NCBI GenBank assembly: GCA_964252035.1
Contig: OZ176208.1
Direction: 5' to 3' (one strand)
Source: Podarcis erhardii
Lineage: Eukaryota
DNA length: 64,000 bases
Shown here piece after piece: positions 1-13,700 of the stretch (within the stretch, counting starts at the first letter, position 1; each line of letters starts with the position of its first letter). Below the pieces are notes generated by a model. The model was not told the origin of the DNA. It saw only the letters and a list, made by a program, of their open reading frames with translations, and did not search any database. The position numbers and the translations under genes were made by a program.

Positions 1-654
1 AAAATGTTGTATAACCAAGGCCAGCTGGGTAATGTAACTAGCTGTATGATTTTGTTCAGGAAAAAACTAAGAGGCTGTATCCATGAAATTATAACACAGG
101 CCTTATTAGCCACTGTATATAGTGATTGTGGATTCAGGTGTGTGAAATCTAAATGTGTTTTCCTCTGTGTGTTCCTTACCTTTCAAATAAAAGCTGCAGG
201 ATCTATTCATCTCGCTTTTGTCACATTATCTATTAAAGTTTTAACACTGGCCTTATTAAAAATGTCACTCTGACCCATTAGAATATCCAAAGCAGTCAAA
301 GTCTGTGTAGTAGCAGTGTTTCTGCCAAAGTTGATCATTTTTCTCAACTCCTGCCCACATTAATGTACCAAATACATTAAAAGGCAAAGTTTGGAGCTAT
401 AGTAACTAAACCACTTTCTCCCATTACAGCTTTGTTCTGAGCAGGCCTTCAGGCCTTCAGCCCTTTGATTGAAGTCCCTTTTCTCCCTTACGCCAATATG
501 GGGTACCCCATGGATCCAAATGATCCAGGTTTTTTTATGTTCGCCTTGTGACTCAGGTCACCTTTGTATATAGTTGGGAAACAGATCTTTATAATCCCTC
601 ATGCAAATGGACCATGCAGAAGATGGAAGGTCTCAAAGTCCCTTTCATGTAATG

Positions 655-785
655 CTCAGATGTGGCACTTGTGGCCTTCAGACGTTGTTCAACTCCAACC
701 TTTATCAGCCCCAGTCAGAATAGACAGTAATCAAAGATTGTGGGAGGTATAGTCCAAGAACACCAAGGACCACAATTTCTCCATA
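655..785. mobile_element. Decayed palindromic MITE relic (squamate hAT-type family with ctacaactcccatca...gatgggagttgtag core)
   Basis: Loose inverted symmetry (gtggcc...ggaccac; aactccaacc...gtgggaggtatagt) resembling the better-preserved copies at 34103 and 60027. Confidence 0.4.
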
Positions 786-2117
786 CTTGTGGGACAAAGA
801 GGTGACAAGAGTCCCTTCCCCAAGTTCAGTTGGGGGGGGGAGTACTGCTAACATGTTGCTGCTGTTGTTTCCAGGGTCCGAATTCCAGAGATTGTCAGGG
901 AGGAAGCAATAAGGCGCTTTGTTTCCTTAAATGCTAAGTCACATTTAAATTTAACACAAGTAGGCTACTGAGACTTTAGCCAAGCAATTTTTTCACCTCC
1001 CTAGCCTCTAAAGTTAATTTTCCACCTCCTGCACTATAACTTCTTTGCTTATTTTTTTAAATTTGCATACTGCTCTATATCCATAGATCTCAGAACAGTT
1101 CACAGCATAAAAATCTTACAAAGTCATAGGATATGTGACTTGAGGGAGCTGGAACTGGTTAATGGGCATGACAAGTTCTTTCACTACGGATTATCTGTTG
1201 AGAGTGTCTTAACAGATGATTGCCAGCTGTTTCGAATGCTATAGATCACTGAGCACCTTAGTTTTTTATCACGCTTTTGAAATGTTAATACAATTTTGTT
1301 GTTGTTTTTTTGTTATCTTTGCTGTGTTAAATGTGCATTCTGTACTTGACTTCCTTTGTAATGTTTTATTTTATGCTAATATTTTAGTTTTCTGTTAATT
1401 ATAATGCTTTGGAATGTATACCTTATCTTTGACTTTCTTCTGTAATGTTTTATTCTGGATTGTTTTATTTGATGTTTTAATGTAAACTGCTTTGATATTT
1501 TTTTTCTTAAAAAAATTAAGTGGTATAGAAATGAAATGAACAAAAATAATACTGTACTAAAAATGCCATGTCCTCCTAGCCAAACCATGATCCTAAAAAC
1601 CATCCCATTGGCTCAGTATTCTTTCTTTGCTCTGCTCTGTCAGATCAAGATGTCATTCTTATTATGGACAAGTAGAGATATGAAAACAATCTTAATATAA
1701 ATGTTAGCTTTCAACCAAGTATCAAAATAACATCACGTAATCTGTTTTGCCTTCTGTTGCCTCGTTTACACTTTGCAGGGTGTTAAAAGCTGGAGAGGTA
1801 CAGAATTAGCCATGGGTGCTAGTAAAGGTATACTTATTTCTGGTGCCATTAAATGTCCTCTATTCTTTTCAATTATGCATTGGGATACAATTTTCACTGG
1901 AACTGATCCGCCACAGATGCTGGATTTCAGTACGCCTATTACTGCTGTTACTATATTTATCCACTAAGTGGGAAGGCTAATGTTTTCCAGATGTGACTGC
2001 CATTTTATAAGTCAAAAATAGATATTACATCTGTCTGCTGTCTTTTCCTTGCATAACATGGGCTCAACATATCTATTAGCTTAGGTATTCTGTTACACAG
2101 TTTCAGATATTTAACCA

Positions 2118-2360
2118 CAGCTGGCCCAATACATTTTGCTGCCTAAGGAAAAAGGCAAAGCATAAGGCAATCAGATTGGCAGCTAAATATTGCTTAAATA
2201 CTGGCAATGGGACAGGTTCCTCTGCCACACCAGGTGGGAGAAGACTAGTTTAGGGATCGCTAGCTTTGGGGTCTCAAGGACATTGGTGTGGAGATGAATT
2301 ACTACAGCTGCTCTGTCATCCAGTATCTTCTGCCTGAAACAGTCACCTCAATCTGCAAAT
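2118..2360. mobile_element. Decayed hAT-like MITE relic
   Basis: cagctggccc...gctgcctaagg at the left and ctgcctgaaacagtcacctca...ggcctg at the right resemble a recalled lizard MITE; heavily diverged. Confidence 0.3.
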
Positions 2361-3694
2361 GGCCTGCCTTTTCTTAAACAAAGTCTAGGAAGAAGCCACC
2401 AAACTTTCTGTAATCAAATCTAGACCCCCCCCCACCCTATTTGAACTGTCTATGTTTATGCTTTCTGGTCAGTCTTGGTAGCCAATAGTTATTTTCTGCT
2501 CTTCAGATGGGAAGTCAACTCCTGCCATGTTACTCTAGCAGTGTTATGTGCATTTTCAAAGCCAATTTTGGTTTCAGCAGACTGAACAATGTTATTGTGC
2601 ATTAACGAACATATGACATATTTTAAAACATTTCATTCCCCCCCTTCCAACTTTTAAGAACCATCTCTTTCTCCCAGGCATAGATTTGAAATTTTCATTA
2701 AAATCTCAAAACATATAATAGCAAAGACTGACCAACTGTACAAACAGGAATATATAACACTTAGCCACTTCTTGATTATTTTTAGGTAAAGAGGAACAAG
2801 AGTCAAAATCCTGCCCCTCTCACTTCATGAGGGTTCATGGAGAAAAGTGAATTTCATTTACTTCTTTCAGAAATACCACTGGATTTAGTTGCCTTTAATT
2901 TGGAAACCAAAATACATATAGAAACAGCTCATAATTTTAATAATACACCCATTGTGACACAAGGTTTATTATGGCATACTCCTAATATATATAAAAGTAA
3001 AAAAAGGGAAGATCTCCATATTAAATTCCTTATTATCATTGAATCCTGGATGATTTGGAAGTGGGCAGGGAATATGTATGTATTTCTGAAAATGACACAA
3101 GATGGACTTCCTTTTTATCCTCCTCAGTGTTTTCCTGAATTCTAGGCAACATGAAGTTTTGAGTACAGCAAGAGGGTTGTTGTTGGTTTTTTTTGAGCTG
3201 CTCTTCCATTAGCTTTCTTTCCAAACAATAGAAGCTTTCAACAGAGCTCTTATCATTCCTCATCTTTAGATAACCTCTTCTCTACCTCCATCTCAATGCA
3301 ATTTCTATCCATCCCCAGGATTCGTACAGAATTATTATAATCTTCAAATCAAATCAACTTGAGGAAAAGACAGTCTTACGCTATATTATGTATACAAGGC
3401 CCATTATTGCTTTGAGTGCATGATTAAAGAAAAACAATTGCAGAAATACGCACGCTCCCTTGCACTTTCTTTCATTAGTACAAAGGTTGCAACTCTGCCT
3501 CCTCTTCAAGGAAGCTTCCAGGAGGAAGAAAACATGTGCCCATTCCTCACTGTTGCAACCTCAATAGCTTTTTGACATAATTCCATTGTAAGTTTCCTTT
3601 TAGATCACATAAGCAGCTCTGTTCAGGCAAGACTGGACTTGACCTTGATTTGGCAAAGTACATGCAAGCCAAGTTTCCCCAACTAGATTTGGAC

Positions 3695-3697
<3 letters not shown>

Positions 3698-3749
<52 letters not shown>
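3698..3749. repeat. (TC)n microsatellite
   Basis: Perfect dinucleotide run of about 26 units. Confidence 0.99.
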
Positions 3750-3751
<2 letters not shown>

Positions 3752-3979
3752 TCAGTTCCCCAAGTGTCAGATGGGAATTTGGATGGATCCATCTATTTGT
3801 GCTTCAATGTCACTTTCACAGGTATTCATTCATAATTCCAACCCATTCAATTTCCACATCACCCTCGTTTAACAAAACAAAAAACCATGCAAATGTGCAT
3901 TTCGTTTGGAGGATTTTGTCATAAAAGATGCATTTTGGTAATAAATCTTATCCTAAAATATTCATTCCATATGCATTCT

Positions 3980-3980
<1 letters not shown>

Positions 3981-4016
<36 letters not shown>
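3981..4016. repeat. (GT)18 microsatellite
   Basis: Perfect run. Confidence 0.99.
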
Positions 4017-4019
<3 letters not shown>

Positions 4020-6063
4020 CTGAGAACTGTACTGCAAATTTCAGAGAAGTGAGAAACCAAGAGATAACTGCTTTTGGATCCACATGTTAGTCCCATAACT
4101 TTAGATCAGGCCAGTTCACTTGGAAATGGAGACTGGATGAAACCCTGACACATACTTGCATGAGAACAGCAATCCAATCCACCCTGAGGCTCTGCAGGGT
4201 GACTTGTCTACCACCACATCCACAGCCTGGCCACTAATGGCAGCGATGAAAGTTGAGTGGTCAAGCAGACTGGGCCCAATCCCTGCACCAGCTCCAGTCT
4301 GGTGCCATAATCAGGCCTGGATTAGGGTCTACATTGGCTGGAACTGGCTGTGAGAGTTGCTTGTGATCCAGTGGATACTGTGCAGTCTCCATCTTACTCC
4401 ACCCTCAGAATGCCCCAATTTGGGGGGGCTTTCACCAGGCTTTACCAGTGTGGGCTGCCAGTGGCCAGAAGAGGTGATTTGCATCAGTGCCAATTTTACT
4501 CTATGGCTGGCAGGATGATGACTGAGCTGACAGAGGGATGCCTTCACTCAATCCACCCATTCCCAGCCTGGTATAATGTGTGTGTGTGCCTCAGGCAGGG
4601 GAATGATTTTGCAGGGTTAGAAAGATGAATACAAGTGACAAAGCTGTTTGTAGAAGGACAATAAGCCACGTTCTTTACACTTTCATGCAGTCTTTATTGC
4701 CCATAGTCAAACACTGCCACTATCAACTTTTTACATAGTAAATTATAATTTTTCATGATTCTAGACCTCCTTGTTATTTGTAACAATCTGCTTATATCAT
4801 GATTAGTGTGAAATATTTATGGAGTGATATACAGAAATCTATTATTCCTCCAACCAATGAGTCCACGATAACTATTTTTATACCTATTACTATACTTGGT
4901 GCATTTCTCCAATTAACACACTTGTAAATATGTGATTGTTCCCTTTGGCATCAAAAGTAATAGATATTCTTTGTATCCCAATTAAAGTGTAAACATCCTT
5001 TGCAGACAGGGATGGATGAATCTATCTATTTCCAGTCTGTGACATTTCCAAGTCTTTTCATCCATGATTTCATTCTGTTCTGCTTCTGCATCAATACAAT
5101 ATTTTTATTTAGAAAAATCCCCTCAAAACATGTATTTGAGTATATATTTAAATATCCCTTTTCTCTCAAAATACATATATATTGATACATTTACAGAGAA
5201 TTTCATCATAACATTATAAGAAGTGTGAAACCTGGTGTTCCAATATGTACATTATTCAAAGAGGTGGCAATTAGGTCATTTCATGTAGGAATTTGCAAAT
5301 ATTACATTCCTTTGTCTTCAATGCTTCCATGCAGAGTCCCCTTGACTCTCCCAGATATGATCGGTTCTACCAAAGCTGTCATTGCAGCCCCAGATGCTGG
5401 ACACAATAACTTGGCATACTGGCAGTGGAATTGGTTGATGTACAAAAACCTGTATCCAATGCAGATTGGCTTATCTGAATGAGAATGTGATGCTGCACTA
5501 AAGGATATGCAATGCATTAAATAAGATCTATTGCTTTACATAAAACAATACTTGTCCTCTTGTACGTTGTCCCGTACTTAGGATGATGCTATGATCTTTG
5601 TTTAAAGATTACATTTTTTAAAAGAGAGAGATCTTACATCCTAACATTTTTGCGTTTGGGAAGTTATTTTTTGTTTTTAAGGGTTTGCTCACATATGTCA
5701 TTGAAAATATTTATAAATGTCAAGGAACGAAGAAGAAAACATAATTCAAACTGAGTTCCTACATGAATTTAAAATGTTTGCTTTTTGTGGCAATACACAA
5801 TACAACATTACTAGGCATATGGCATTGTAATAAGAACCATATGTCTTCACTGACTGGGGAACATATGGCAGAAGTTTAAAATAAGTAGGAATCTGAGGGG
5901 AAAGAAGGATGAGTCTTTTTTTCTATTTAAAAAAGGGAAATGAAAGGGAAATTGTTTGTAAAAAGAAATGTTGTTTTTGTAAAGAGTGATTAAGTAACAG
6001 CACATCTTTGGCTGAATCTAGCAGACACCTGGGCCAGATTTAACATTAGGTGTTATCAACAAT

Positions 6064-6210
6064 CACTGTGGTGTATTGCTTAGAATGTTAGACTAGGTCC
6101 TGGTAGATCAGGGTTCAAATCTCTACTCGGCCTAAAAAGTTACAGGGTGACCTCAGGCCTGTCATTCACTCTCAGTCTACCTTACTTCTCAGGCTTGTTT
6201 TGAGGATTAT
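6064..6210 (+). mobile_element. Old CORE-SINE (MIR/Ther1-like) relic
   Basis: tRNA-like head (gtggtgtattgcttaga...gggttcaaatc, A/B boxes) followed by gggtgacc...tcattcactctcagtctaccttacttctcagg CORE-like sequence. Confidence 0.6.
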
Positions 6211-6560
6211 TTTTTGGGGGGGAGTGGGTGAACTGATTGGAGGGACATAAATCCCTCCCCACTGCTCCCTGTCAATTCCTTTGATATTGTTTGTGTAAGG
6301 CTAAAATGAATGCCCTGGACTTTTAACTATAATTTTTAACTTTAGAATTTTTATTCTCTTTTATATTAATCTTCTCTGTACATGGATATATGATTGTTAA
6401 AGTACAGTCTCTTATTGTACAGACCATGTTTTCATAGTTCTTGTTGATACAATAATTTCTTGAGATCTCTATAAAATAAAATGACTTTTTGAAAAACTCA
6501 CGTTGGGCTATTTTGAGTTACACTGTGATTAATGTATATTAAAAGTTCTATAAAAGGCCA

Positions 6561-6562
<2 letters not shown>

Positions 6563-6594
<32 letters not shown>
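6563..6594. repeat. (AT)16 microsatellite
   Basis: Perfect run. Confidence 0.99.
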
Positions 6595-6597
<3 letters not shown>

Positions 6598-7375
6598 TGA
6601 GCAGAGCTGTTACTGAATGAAAATACCAATATTCTCATGGATATCATGTCACTGGGCACTTCAGGTGAGACCAAAAGTAGCCAAAGTGCTGCCCTCCAAA
6701 TCTGTAGAACTATTACTAGGATCAGGATGGCAAATGACCAGAAATGTTGGGAATGGTGATCTAACAACATCTTAAGGGCACCACATTGGTGACCCCTTTT
6801 CTAGAGTGTCCAGAACAACCTGGAGTTGTGGCAGTTGTGGCAGTGCTGGAACACAATGGAGTCAGCATTGCTAATACATTCATCCAAGTACTCCTGCTTA
6901 ACCAGGTTGTGAAGTGGCCAGAAAGATGCCAACAGTGACAGTACTGTACAGTGAAAATCTGCACATCCCAGTATTTTGTACAATTACTTTCCTAAAAACA
7001 CTTCCCTGTTAATTCCCCTTGGCAATGGCTGATTGGAGGAGTAGCCAGAAGGCAGTACAATCCAGACCATATGACATTCTGGCTGAAAACACTGACTAGA
7101 TTGAGGAAGGATAAAGGGGAGAACATTGCAGTGGAACAGTTCCATACCATTCCCTCTCCATTATTCTGTACCATATTGTACACCTGCCTCTGTATGAAGA
7201 AAAGGAAGGTAATTGGTTAACTAGGGTTTATATTGCCAATCCCTGTTTCTAGCAAAGGAAGAGCAGGGGGGATAGAATTACAATGGTTTGATCAGCTAAA
7301 GAAGCTAGGATATAGACAGGTTTGCTTTTCTGTGACATACTTAATACAGCTTCTGCTGAAATTCCACATGTAATA

Positions 7376-7500
7376 CATTGCCCTGTGCTGTGAGGTGGCG
7401 GGTTGCTTTTGATCAGTCACACTGGATTACATTACACATCAGCAGAATGAATGCCATCAGTCCAGTCACATCACATTAGAAAACGACATATCATTGTGGA
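7376..7500 (+). repeat. Copy 1 of a local ~125-bp direct repeat (copy 2 at 8770-8890)
   Basis: Both copies share cattgccct.tgctgtg, gatcagtcacactggattacatt.cacatca and tccagtcacatcacattagaaaa in collinear order. Confidence 0.9.
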
Positions 7501-8039
7501 AAGTAAAGAAATGGAGGAGGAGGAGGAGGAGGAGGAGGACAGAATGTTAGAGGTTATAGTTAAGGAGGACTTCACTTTCATATCTAACAAGGTCTCTTGT
7601 AGGATAGCAAAAATTATTTATAATGGAGAAAACAAATCTGTTAATGAGAAAATAGATAAAAATGTACATCGGAGTTGCTTGCCAATGGCAGTTTGTTGCT
7701 GCCACCCCCTGTTGATTGACTGAGATCCTATCTGGACTCAACTTCCAAGGGGAGTTGGGGCTATATCAGTGCCTGGGCTAATGCCAGTGGCAGCCCCGCT
7801 GGTCACAGCAATCCCAAAGGGGATGACACCCAAGAGTATGTCCCCTTTTGTGGGTCTGCTTCACGGGAAAGGGAAGGGCCAAGGCTATACCATTAACATC
7901 TGGAGACAAAGGGTATTGGTTGTGTTTCTTTGTTTTTTTCATTCTCTGATAGGGATGGTCCTTACATAATTATAAATCTGCCACCGTTGTTTTACATTTG
8001 AATTTTTGGGAGAGAGGGAAAGATATGCCTGGGATGGGA

Positions 8040-8555
8040 TCAGCTGGGAGAGTGGGGGTAATTGCAGTGGGTTAGGGATGAATAGCAGAGCTATGATGGC
8101 AATTAATGCCTCCTTGCAAGAGCATGTGGTTCCTGCCTGCTTAAAGGAGACAGTGGTCAGACCACACGTTAAAAAACTCTCAGTGGATTTGGAAAATCAA
8201 GTAAATACCAAATGATTTATTTTAATTTCCCCTTCTGGTGCAAGGATGATTGATTGGATGGTTGTGGTGCAGATCCAGACCCTCTTGGGTAAAACTAATT
8301 TTATAAATGCACTATTAGGGTCTAGGCTCTGTTTTGTCATGGAAACTGCTTTGGTCACTATGTATGATGACTTCTGTTGGGCAGGAGTAGGGAATGTGTC
8401 CCTGTTAATTCCCCTTGATCTCTCAGTGGCTTTTGATACCATCAAAAGGTTTTTATTGTTTTATTGTTTTTATTGGTTGTGTGATTATTGAAATTGCTTT
8501 TAGTATTTCTGTTGTGTTTTTATATCAGTTTGAGTCATGTGTATGGATAAAGCAA

Positions 8556-8603
<48 letters not shown>
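8040..8603 (+). mobile_element. L2 LINE reverse-transcriptase fragment, internally deleted, with AT-rich 3' tail ending in (AAT)16
   Basis: Translates to INASLQEHVVPACLKETVVRPHVKK and ETALVTMYDDFCW...VSLLIPLDLSVAFDTI, matching L2 RT motifs (ETALV..YDDL, LLDLSAAFDTI); frameshifted; followed by a T-rich tail and (AAT)n at 8556-8603. Confidence 0.75.
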
Positions 8604-8604
<1 letters not shown>

Positions 8605-8769
8605 CATTTTTTGCAATGTTGACATAATGTCATCCTCATCAATATCTCAATATCTTTCCACCAGTGGCAATATTTTCAAATTAAATATTGTATATTTTTA
8701 AAGATCCGGATAGGAGTCCTTTACTGTGGCTTCTCACAAACAACTTGATTTTAATTTTCCAATATGATG

Positions 8770-8890
8770 CATTGCCCTATGCTGTGTTATGGCAGGTTGC
8801 ATCTGATCAGTCACACTGGATTACATTGCACATCAAAGAAAGTGTTATCATTCCAGTCACATCACATTAGAAAAGACATGTCATGTTGGC
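8770..8890 (+). repeat. Copy 2 of the local ~125-bp direct repeat (copy 1 at 7376-7500)
   Basis: Collinear alignment with 7376-7500, roughly three-quarters identical by eye. Confidence 0.9.
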
Positions 8891-10574
8891 AATTTGAATT
8901 GGAGTCTTTTGAAGGGTAATTTTCAAGTGCAAGATTAAAATACTGATCCTAATCAAAGGTCAGCAAGTAAGTATGCTTCAGCTATTGACTACAATATTTT
9001 GTGGGGAACATTTTATTTAAAAATGTTTTGAACATGACTGATTTAAGTAAACGCAATACAATGGAAGGTGGGAGATCAGGTGAGGAGCACAGAATTCAGG
9101 GGGCAGTCTTCAGAACATCAGTGTCAGTACCAAACCTGAAATCATCTACAAGCACACCTACGACTGACAGAGTTCGGGGAATGGAGTGAGACCTTTTTGT
9201 CAGAGGAAGAGTACACAGCTGAATTAATGGCATACACCGTAATCTTCCAGCATGTATACATACCCCGTCAAACATGTTTGCACTATCTGCTTCATTATTA
9301 GTTTGATATGAAGAAGCTGGGGAAGGTGCAATCCTCATTCTCAAATGTGCTATTGTTTGATGTTTTCTTTTGTGAGGGGAAATGCTTTGTTCATGCATAG
9401 AAAAGTGTGTCCTGCTTATAGTACACATAGGAACTCCTTCATAGAGGTCCAGGTATATATCATACACCCCATAGTACTGAACAATAGGCTAGTTAGTGAA
9501 TTTACTGTAACCTTAAATTGCACTATTGGCTCTATTTGAAGAGTAGAAGGGTCTGCTGAGCTGGTATAAAGGTTCTTAAGACAGGAGTGGTGTATCAGCA
9601 GTTATATTACCACAGCAGAGTAGAACGTGATGCTGTTTCAATATGGCAGTGATATTGCAGCATCCTGATTGGCAGATAGTCTGCATCCAACCTCCTGGTT
9701 CTAACAGAGTTTGGGTATCATTTACATCAATGGGGAAAGTTAGCTGTAACTTAAACACCATTGATTTCAATGGAAACTAACTGTAAGGGGCTTAGGATCC
9801 AACCCAGCTTTTCACTATTTGCACAGGCCTACCGCTTTTTAATGTAGCCATAGACATTCCTATATACTTTCACAAATAAGAATGGAAGAGGAGCTTCTTA
9901 AATAGCAAAAGTAATCTTCTTGCTTCATGTGATGAAAAATATCACAAGCAGATAAGAAAAGCAGGTTTAACATGCTGATCTTTGAACAGAAGGTCAGTGG
10001 TATGAATATAGTGTAACAATCCTGGATTTATTCAAACTGCAGTGACTATTTTGTGCTAGTAAAACTGGCTCCATATTATTCATGCTCTTCAAACATTCTG
10101 AAATGAAGCGACGGAGAGGTATGCACATCCTTTGCACTGATTCACCCTGATTCCACAAAAGCCATGTAGAAATGATTAAATTCCAGGGATAATCAACCTG
10201 CTGTTCACTTAAGTTCTATAGGTCAAAATTTCTCAGGAACAAAATCAGATAAATTTCCTGTGGTTTTTCTTTTCTGCCCTCTTCTTAGCCTACTGAAGTC
10301 CTCCCCCATATATATTTGGGAATAGCTGTGGATCTAGTTTTAATATTGTTTAAAATCGTTTTAATATCCTTGAATGATGCAGTGGATGTGGCTCCACTCT
10401 TTCCAGTTCTCCTCTCTACAGAAAACAATACAATATGGCAACCCTATTAATAAGAGAGTTTGACACCCCTCCATTCCTTGGCCAAGCATCAATAATCTCT
10501 GGAATTTGGTCGTCGACAGGCATGGGGCTTAAAGTGAAAATTAATACCCCCAAATTCAACATTCGGAGAAACGG

Positions 10575-10750
10575 CCTTAGCTCAGCAGTAGAGCAACCAC
10601 TTGCATGCAGAAAGCCCCAGATTCAATACCCAGTAACTCCAGGTGGGACTGGGAGAGAACCCAGCCTGAATTTCTGGAGAATTTGGACACTGTAAACAGT
10701 GCTGAGCTAGATGAACCATTGGTCTGTTTCAGTATAAGGCAACTTCCTAT
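10575..10750 (+). mobile_element. tRNA-headed SINE with CR1-type 3' tail
   Basis: gccttagctcagcagtagagc (A box) and cagattcaataccc (B box), ending gagctagatgaaccattggtctgtttcagtataaggcaacttcctat, a CR1-like 3' terminus. Confidence 0.75.
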
Positions 10751-13700
10751 TGACCATTTTGACTTGGTTAGCTTGCAAGTATTATTTTCAGTAGCACATA
10801 GCAGACCATAAGACAGACATTTGAGCTCAGTTCCATGGACTGATTCTTTTTTTAAAAAAACAAACAAACAACATTCACCCAAATATTTTGTTCTTCGATA
10901 GCAGTTTTTCACCAGTTTCTTTTCTGCTTGCGACAAAGGAGCAGGTACCAACAATGGCCTTCCTGAAAACTGTCCTTTCTTCTTTTAATGCTTGTTCCCA
11001 GCTCACAACAGAAACATGACTTTCTTAAAGATGAAACATTTTAACCAATTTATTTTATCGCTACTTTGATTAAATTCAATCATATTGGTAGTGTATGCTG
11101 TGTTTCCTTAATTGCTTCTTGGCAACTAGCCGACTCACTCCATTATAATTATAATACCCTTTATATCTAATAAGCAATTTGATAAAAGAAAATTTATTTT
11201 TGTAAGCTCTCTTTATCAAAGACTTGCTTAGAGTTAATGTTGGCAGACTTGCCCAGTAATGATTTGAAGCCACTTTCTGTTTTTTAAATACAGGCTCAAT
11301 TCAATCCAATTGAATAGAATTATTCTGGGCCAGACCCTCAAGTCTCTCACTGGCTCCAGAATGCATCTGTAACAGAAGCATGGAAACTAATCTGCCTAAT
11401 CTGAGTTTAACCTAAATAAATAAATAAAGTGATTCAACGTTGTTCTTAATCTTTATTAAATATATACTACACTTGATCTTAGCCAAGGTCTTCATTTGAA
11501 ACAGGATTGCTCATCCTATAACATTTGTGCTCCCAATAGAAAGCAATTTAAGTATAAGAAGAAAAAGAAAAAGAAAGCAGTTGTGGCTGGCTAATGCCTT
11601 GGCCATCCTGCTTAAGTTACTTCATGTGTGTTGTTCAGCAGAGCGCTTTGGGTGCATAGGGAACATCTCCCAGCTCTGACAGGAAACATTTCCCCCATTC
11701 ATTTCAGTGGAGATTCACCAAAGTCCTCTCTCTTGATTCACACCTTCATTGGCTTACTCTTTCAGAATATTTGATCAGTGGCATACATAGAAAAGCTTGA
11801 GTGCAAGCTAAGTTAGGAATCACCTCCTCATACCATCCTTCCCACCCCCTAGGAGCAGAAGTCTCTGTGTCTCATCAAGGGTGGAAGCATGGCTGAATTG
11901 GAAAGAAGGAGGGCCTTCTTAGTAACTACACCCAGATTGCAGAACACCTTGTGCTTTAAAGTACAGCTGGTTCCCACTCACTGTTTCTCATCAGTTACTG
12001 AAAACCTCATTATTCCAGTTAAAATGATTTTTTAAACTGCTGAACTGGTATATTTTGTAATTGCTTTATACTCTTTTCTATGGAATTGTTATTGCTATAT
12101 ATGTCATCCAGAGTGATGTATTTACATTAAAAAGACAAGATATAAATACTCTAATGAGCAGAACGGAACAGAATAAAACAAAACAAAATAAAATCCTATG
12201 TTTAAAGAGCTTTGCATTTCAGCCATTGTCTCCAGTACAACTGGGTGTGCATTCAGGAGTTAAGGCTACATGTACACAGCCCGCTGCAAAAAGGAAGTGG
12301 AAGGACCACATCCATCTATCTGCTTCCTCTTCAGCAGCTGATGGACTGAATAACTCTCCTTGAAGCTTGAAGCTCTAGCAGCCAGAAGCAGCAAGATTGA
12401 GGAGCCAAACTGTGCATACAGCACTCATTTTTATTTGTTGTTCCACACCCAGAGAGGTGGAAGTCTGCTTCTATAGTTCAATTGGAAGCTTATCTTATTG
12501 CTCTCAAATGACAACATTTAGCAGGGTTTTGAAAGTAATCAGACTTCAGCCAACATCAATTTTTCTGTTGAGGATTGTGTGTGTTTTTCAGGGAATGTGA
12601 CGGTTAAGGGTAGGTGGGACTCATTAGGCACTGGAATTTAAATGCTTAATTTAAGAGTTGCAATGTTCTTGTATAACAGCATTAATTCATTAACCCAGGT
12701 ATTACTTTTTATGACCCTTGAAGACAATAATTCAATGCCAGTTTATCACAGGGAATGTTGTGGAGCAATAGCTGGTTTTGGGTCCAGATGTTTTGCCAAT
12801 CCAAGACGGTTGAAGGCACAACACAAAGTGCCACAACTCCCATCCCAAACTATGACCCCCATCACACTTGGACTTGGGGGAAAAGCCTTCTGATGACTAC
12901 CAAATGGATCTTTCATGCCTAATTTTAGTGAGGGATGGGACACCTCCCATCTCATCAGTAGATGTCATGGACAATGCCAGAGAAGGGATTAAGGGGTTCC
13001 CATCCCCTCCAGGTCAATCACAGATGTGTCCTCGAGCAAATACTTGTTATTTGTGCATGTCCTTATGGAAATTTAATCTGTTAGTAAGAAAATCCAAACA
13101 TATTTCCTTTGCATGCAGCCTAGATGCTCTTGCTTGGATGACATGAGCTCCCTTTTCAAAAGTGCCTTTCTGAAGCACATGTGCTGTTTGTTTAATGTTC
13201 TGCTGTAGTCTTTCTATATTGTGAAGGTTGCACATCAGGCAAGGGAACTAGATGGTAAAGCCACTGGGCGGTGATTACACTACCTCATTATTTGAATCAG
13301 AGAGCTAGAAGAAATAATGATTATACAGTGGCATTTCTGATAAGACAGAGTCTCTTTAAATCAGTTATTGTTCTTTTCTGGAGAGCATTCAATAACTGTG
13401 TCATTTGATGAAGAACCACTGGGTACTTTGACAGAAAATGCCTAGCTCCCTCCGTTGCTGCCCAGTTGCTTGTCTCTTGTTTCCCAGCCTTACTGTCATT
13501 AGACAAGTTTCTCCTATCTGAAACCATTTGGGGAATCGCAGCAAATGTCCTTTGACCTTGATCACTGTGGAACAGTTTAACGAAATTTCTTCATACAACA
13601 TGTTTATTTGCATAAATCACTAAGATGCAGGACAGCAATTCTAAGTGCATTTTAATTTCAGATATCTGTGCTTTGGGAAGAGACATGCCGCACCCACCCA

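Noticed and set aside
3040-3110. ILDDLEVGREYVC, reminiscent of a doublecortin domain
   Set aside because: Immediately preceded by an in-frame TGA with no splice acceptor in between.
3547-4090. ORFs with ERERER, LSLSLS and VCVCVC runs
   Set aside because: Artefacts of microsatellites lacking stop codons.
5335-5410. SPLDSPR, reminiscent of MAST kinases
   Set aside because: The following residues diverge and the frame stops after 24 codons.
8762-8890. Duplicated unit as a C/D or H/ACA snoRNA
   Set aside because: Box spacing and hairpins do not fit, and the C/D-like boxes are not shared by the other copy.
9096-9470. Coding-looking stretch (123-aa minus ORF; plus-frame FGEWSETF resembling WSXWS)
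   Set aside because: The motif is incomplete, the plus frame is closed by stops and there is no good acceptor.
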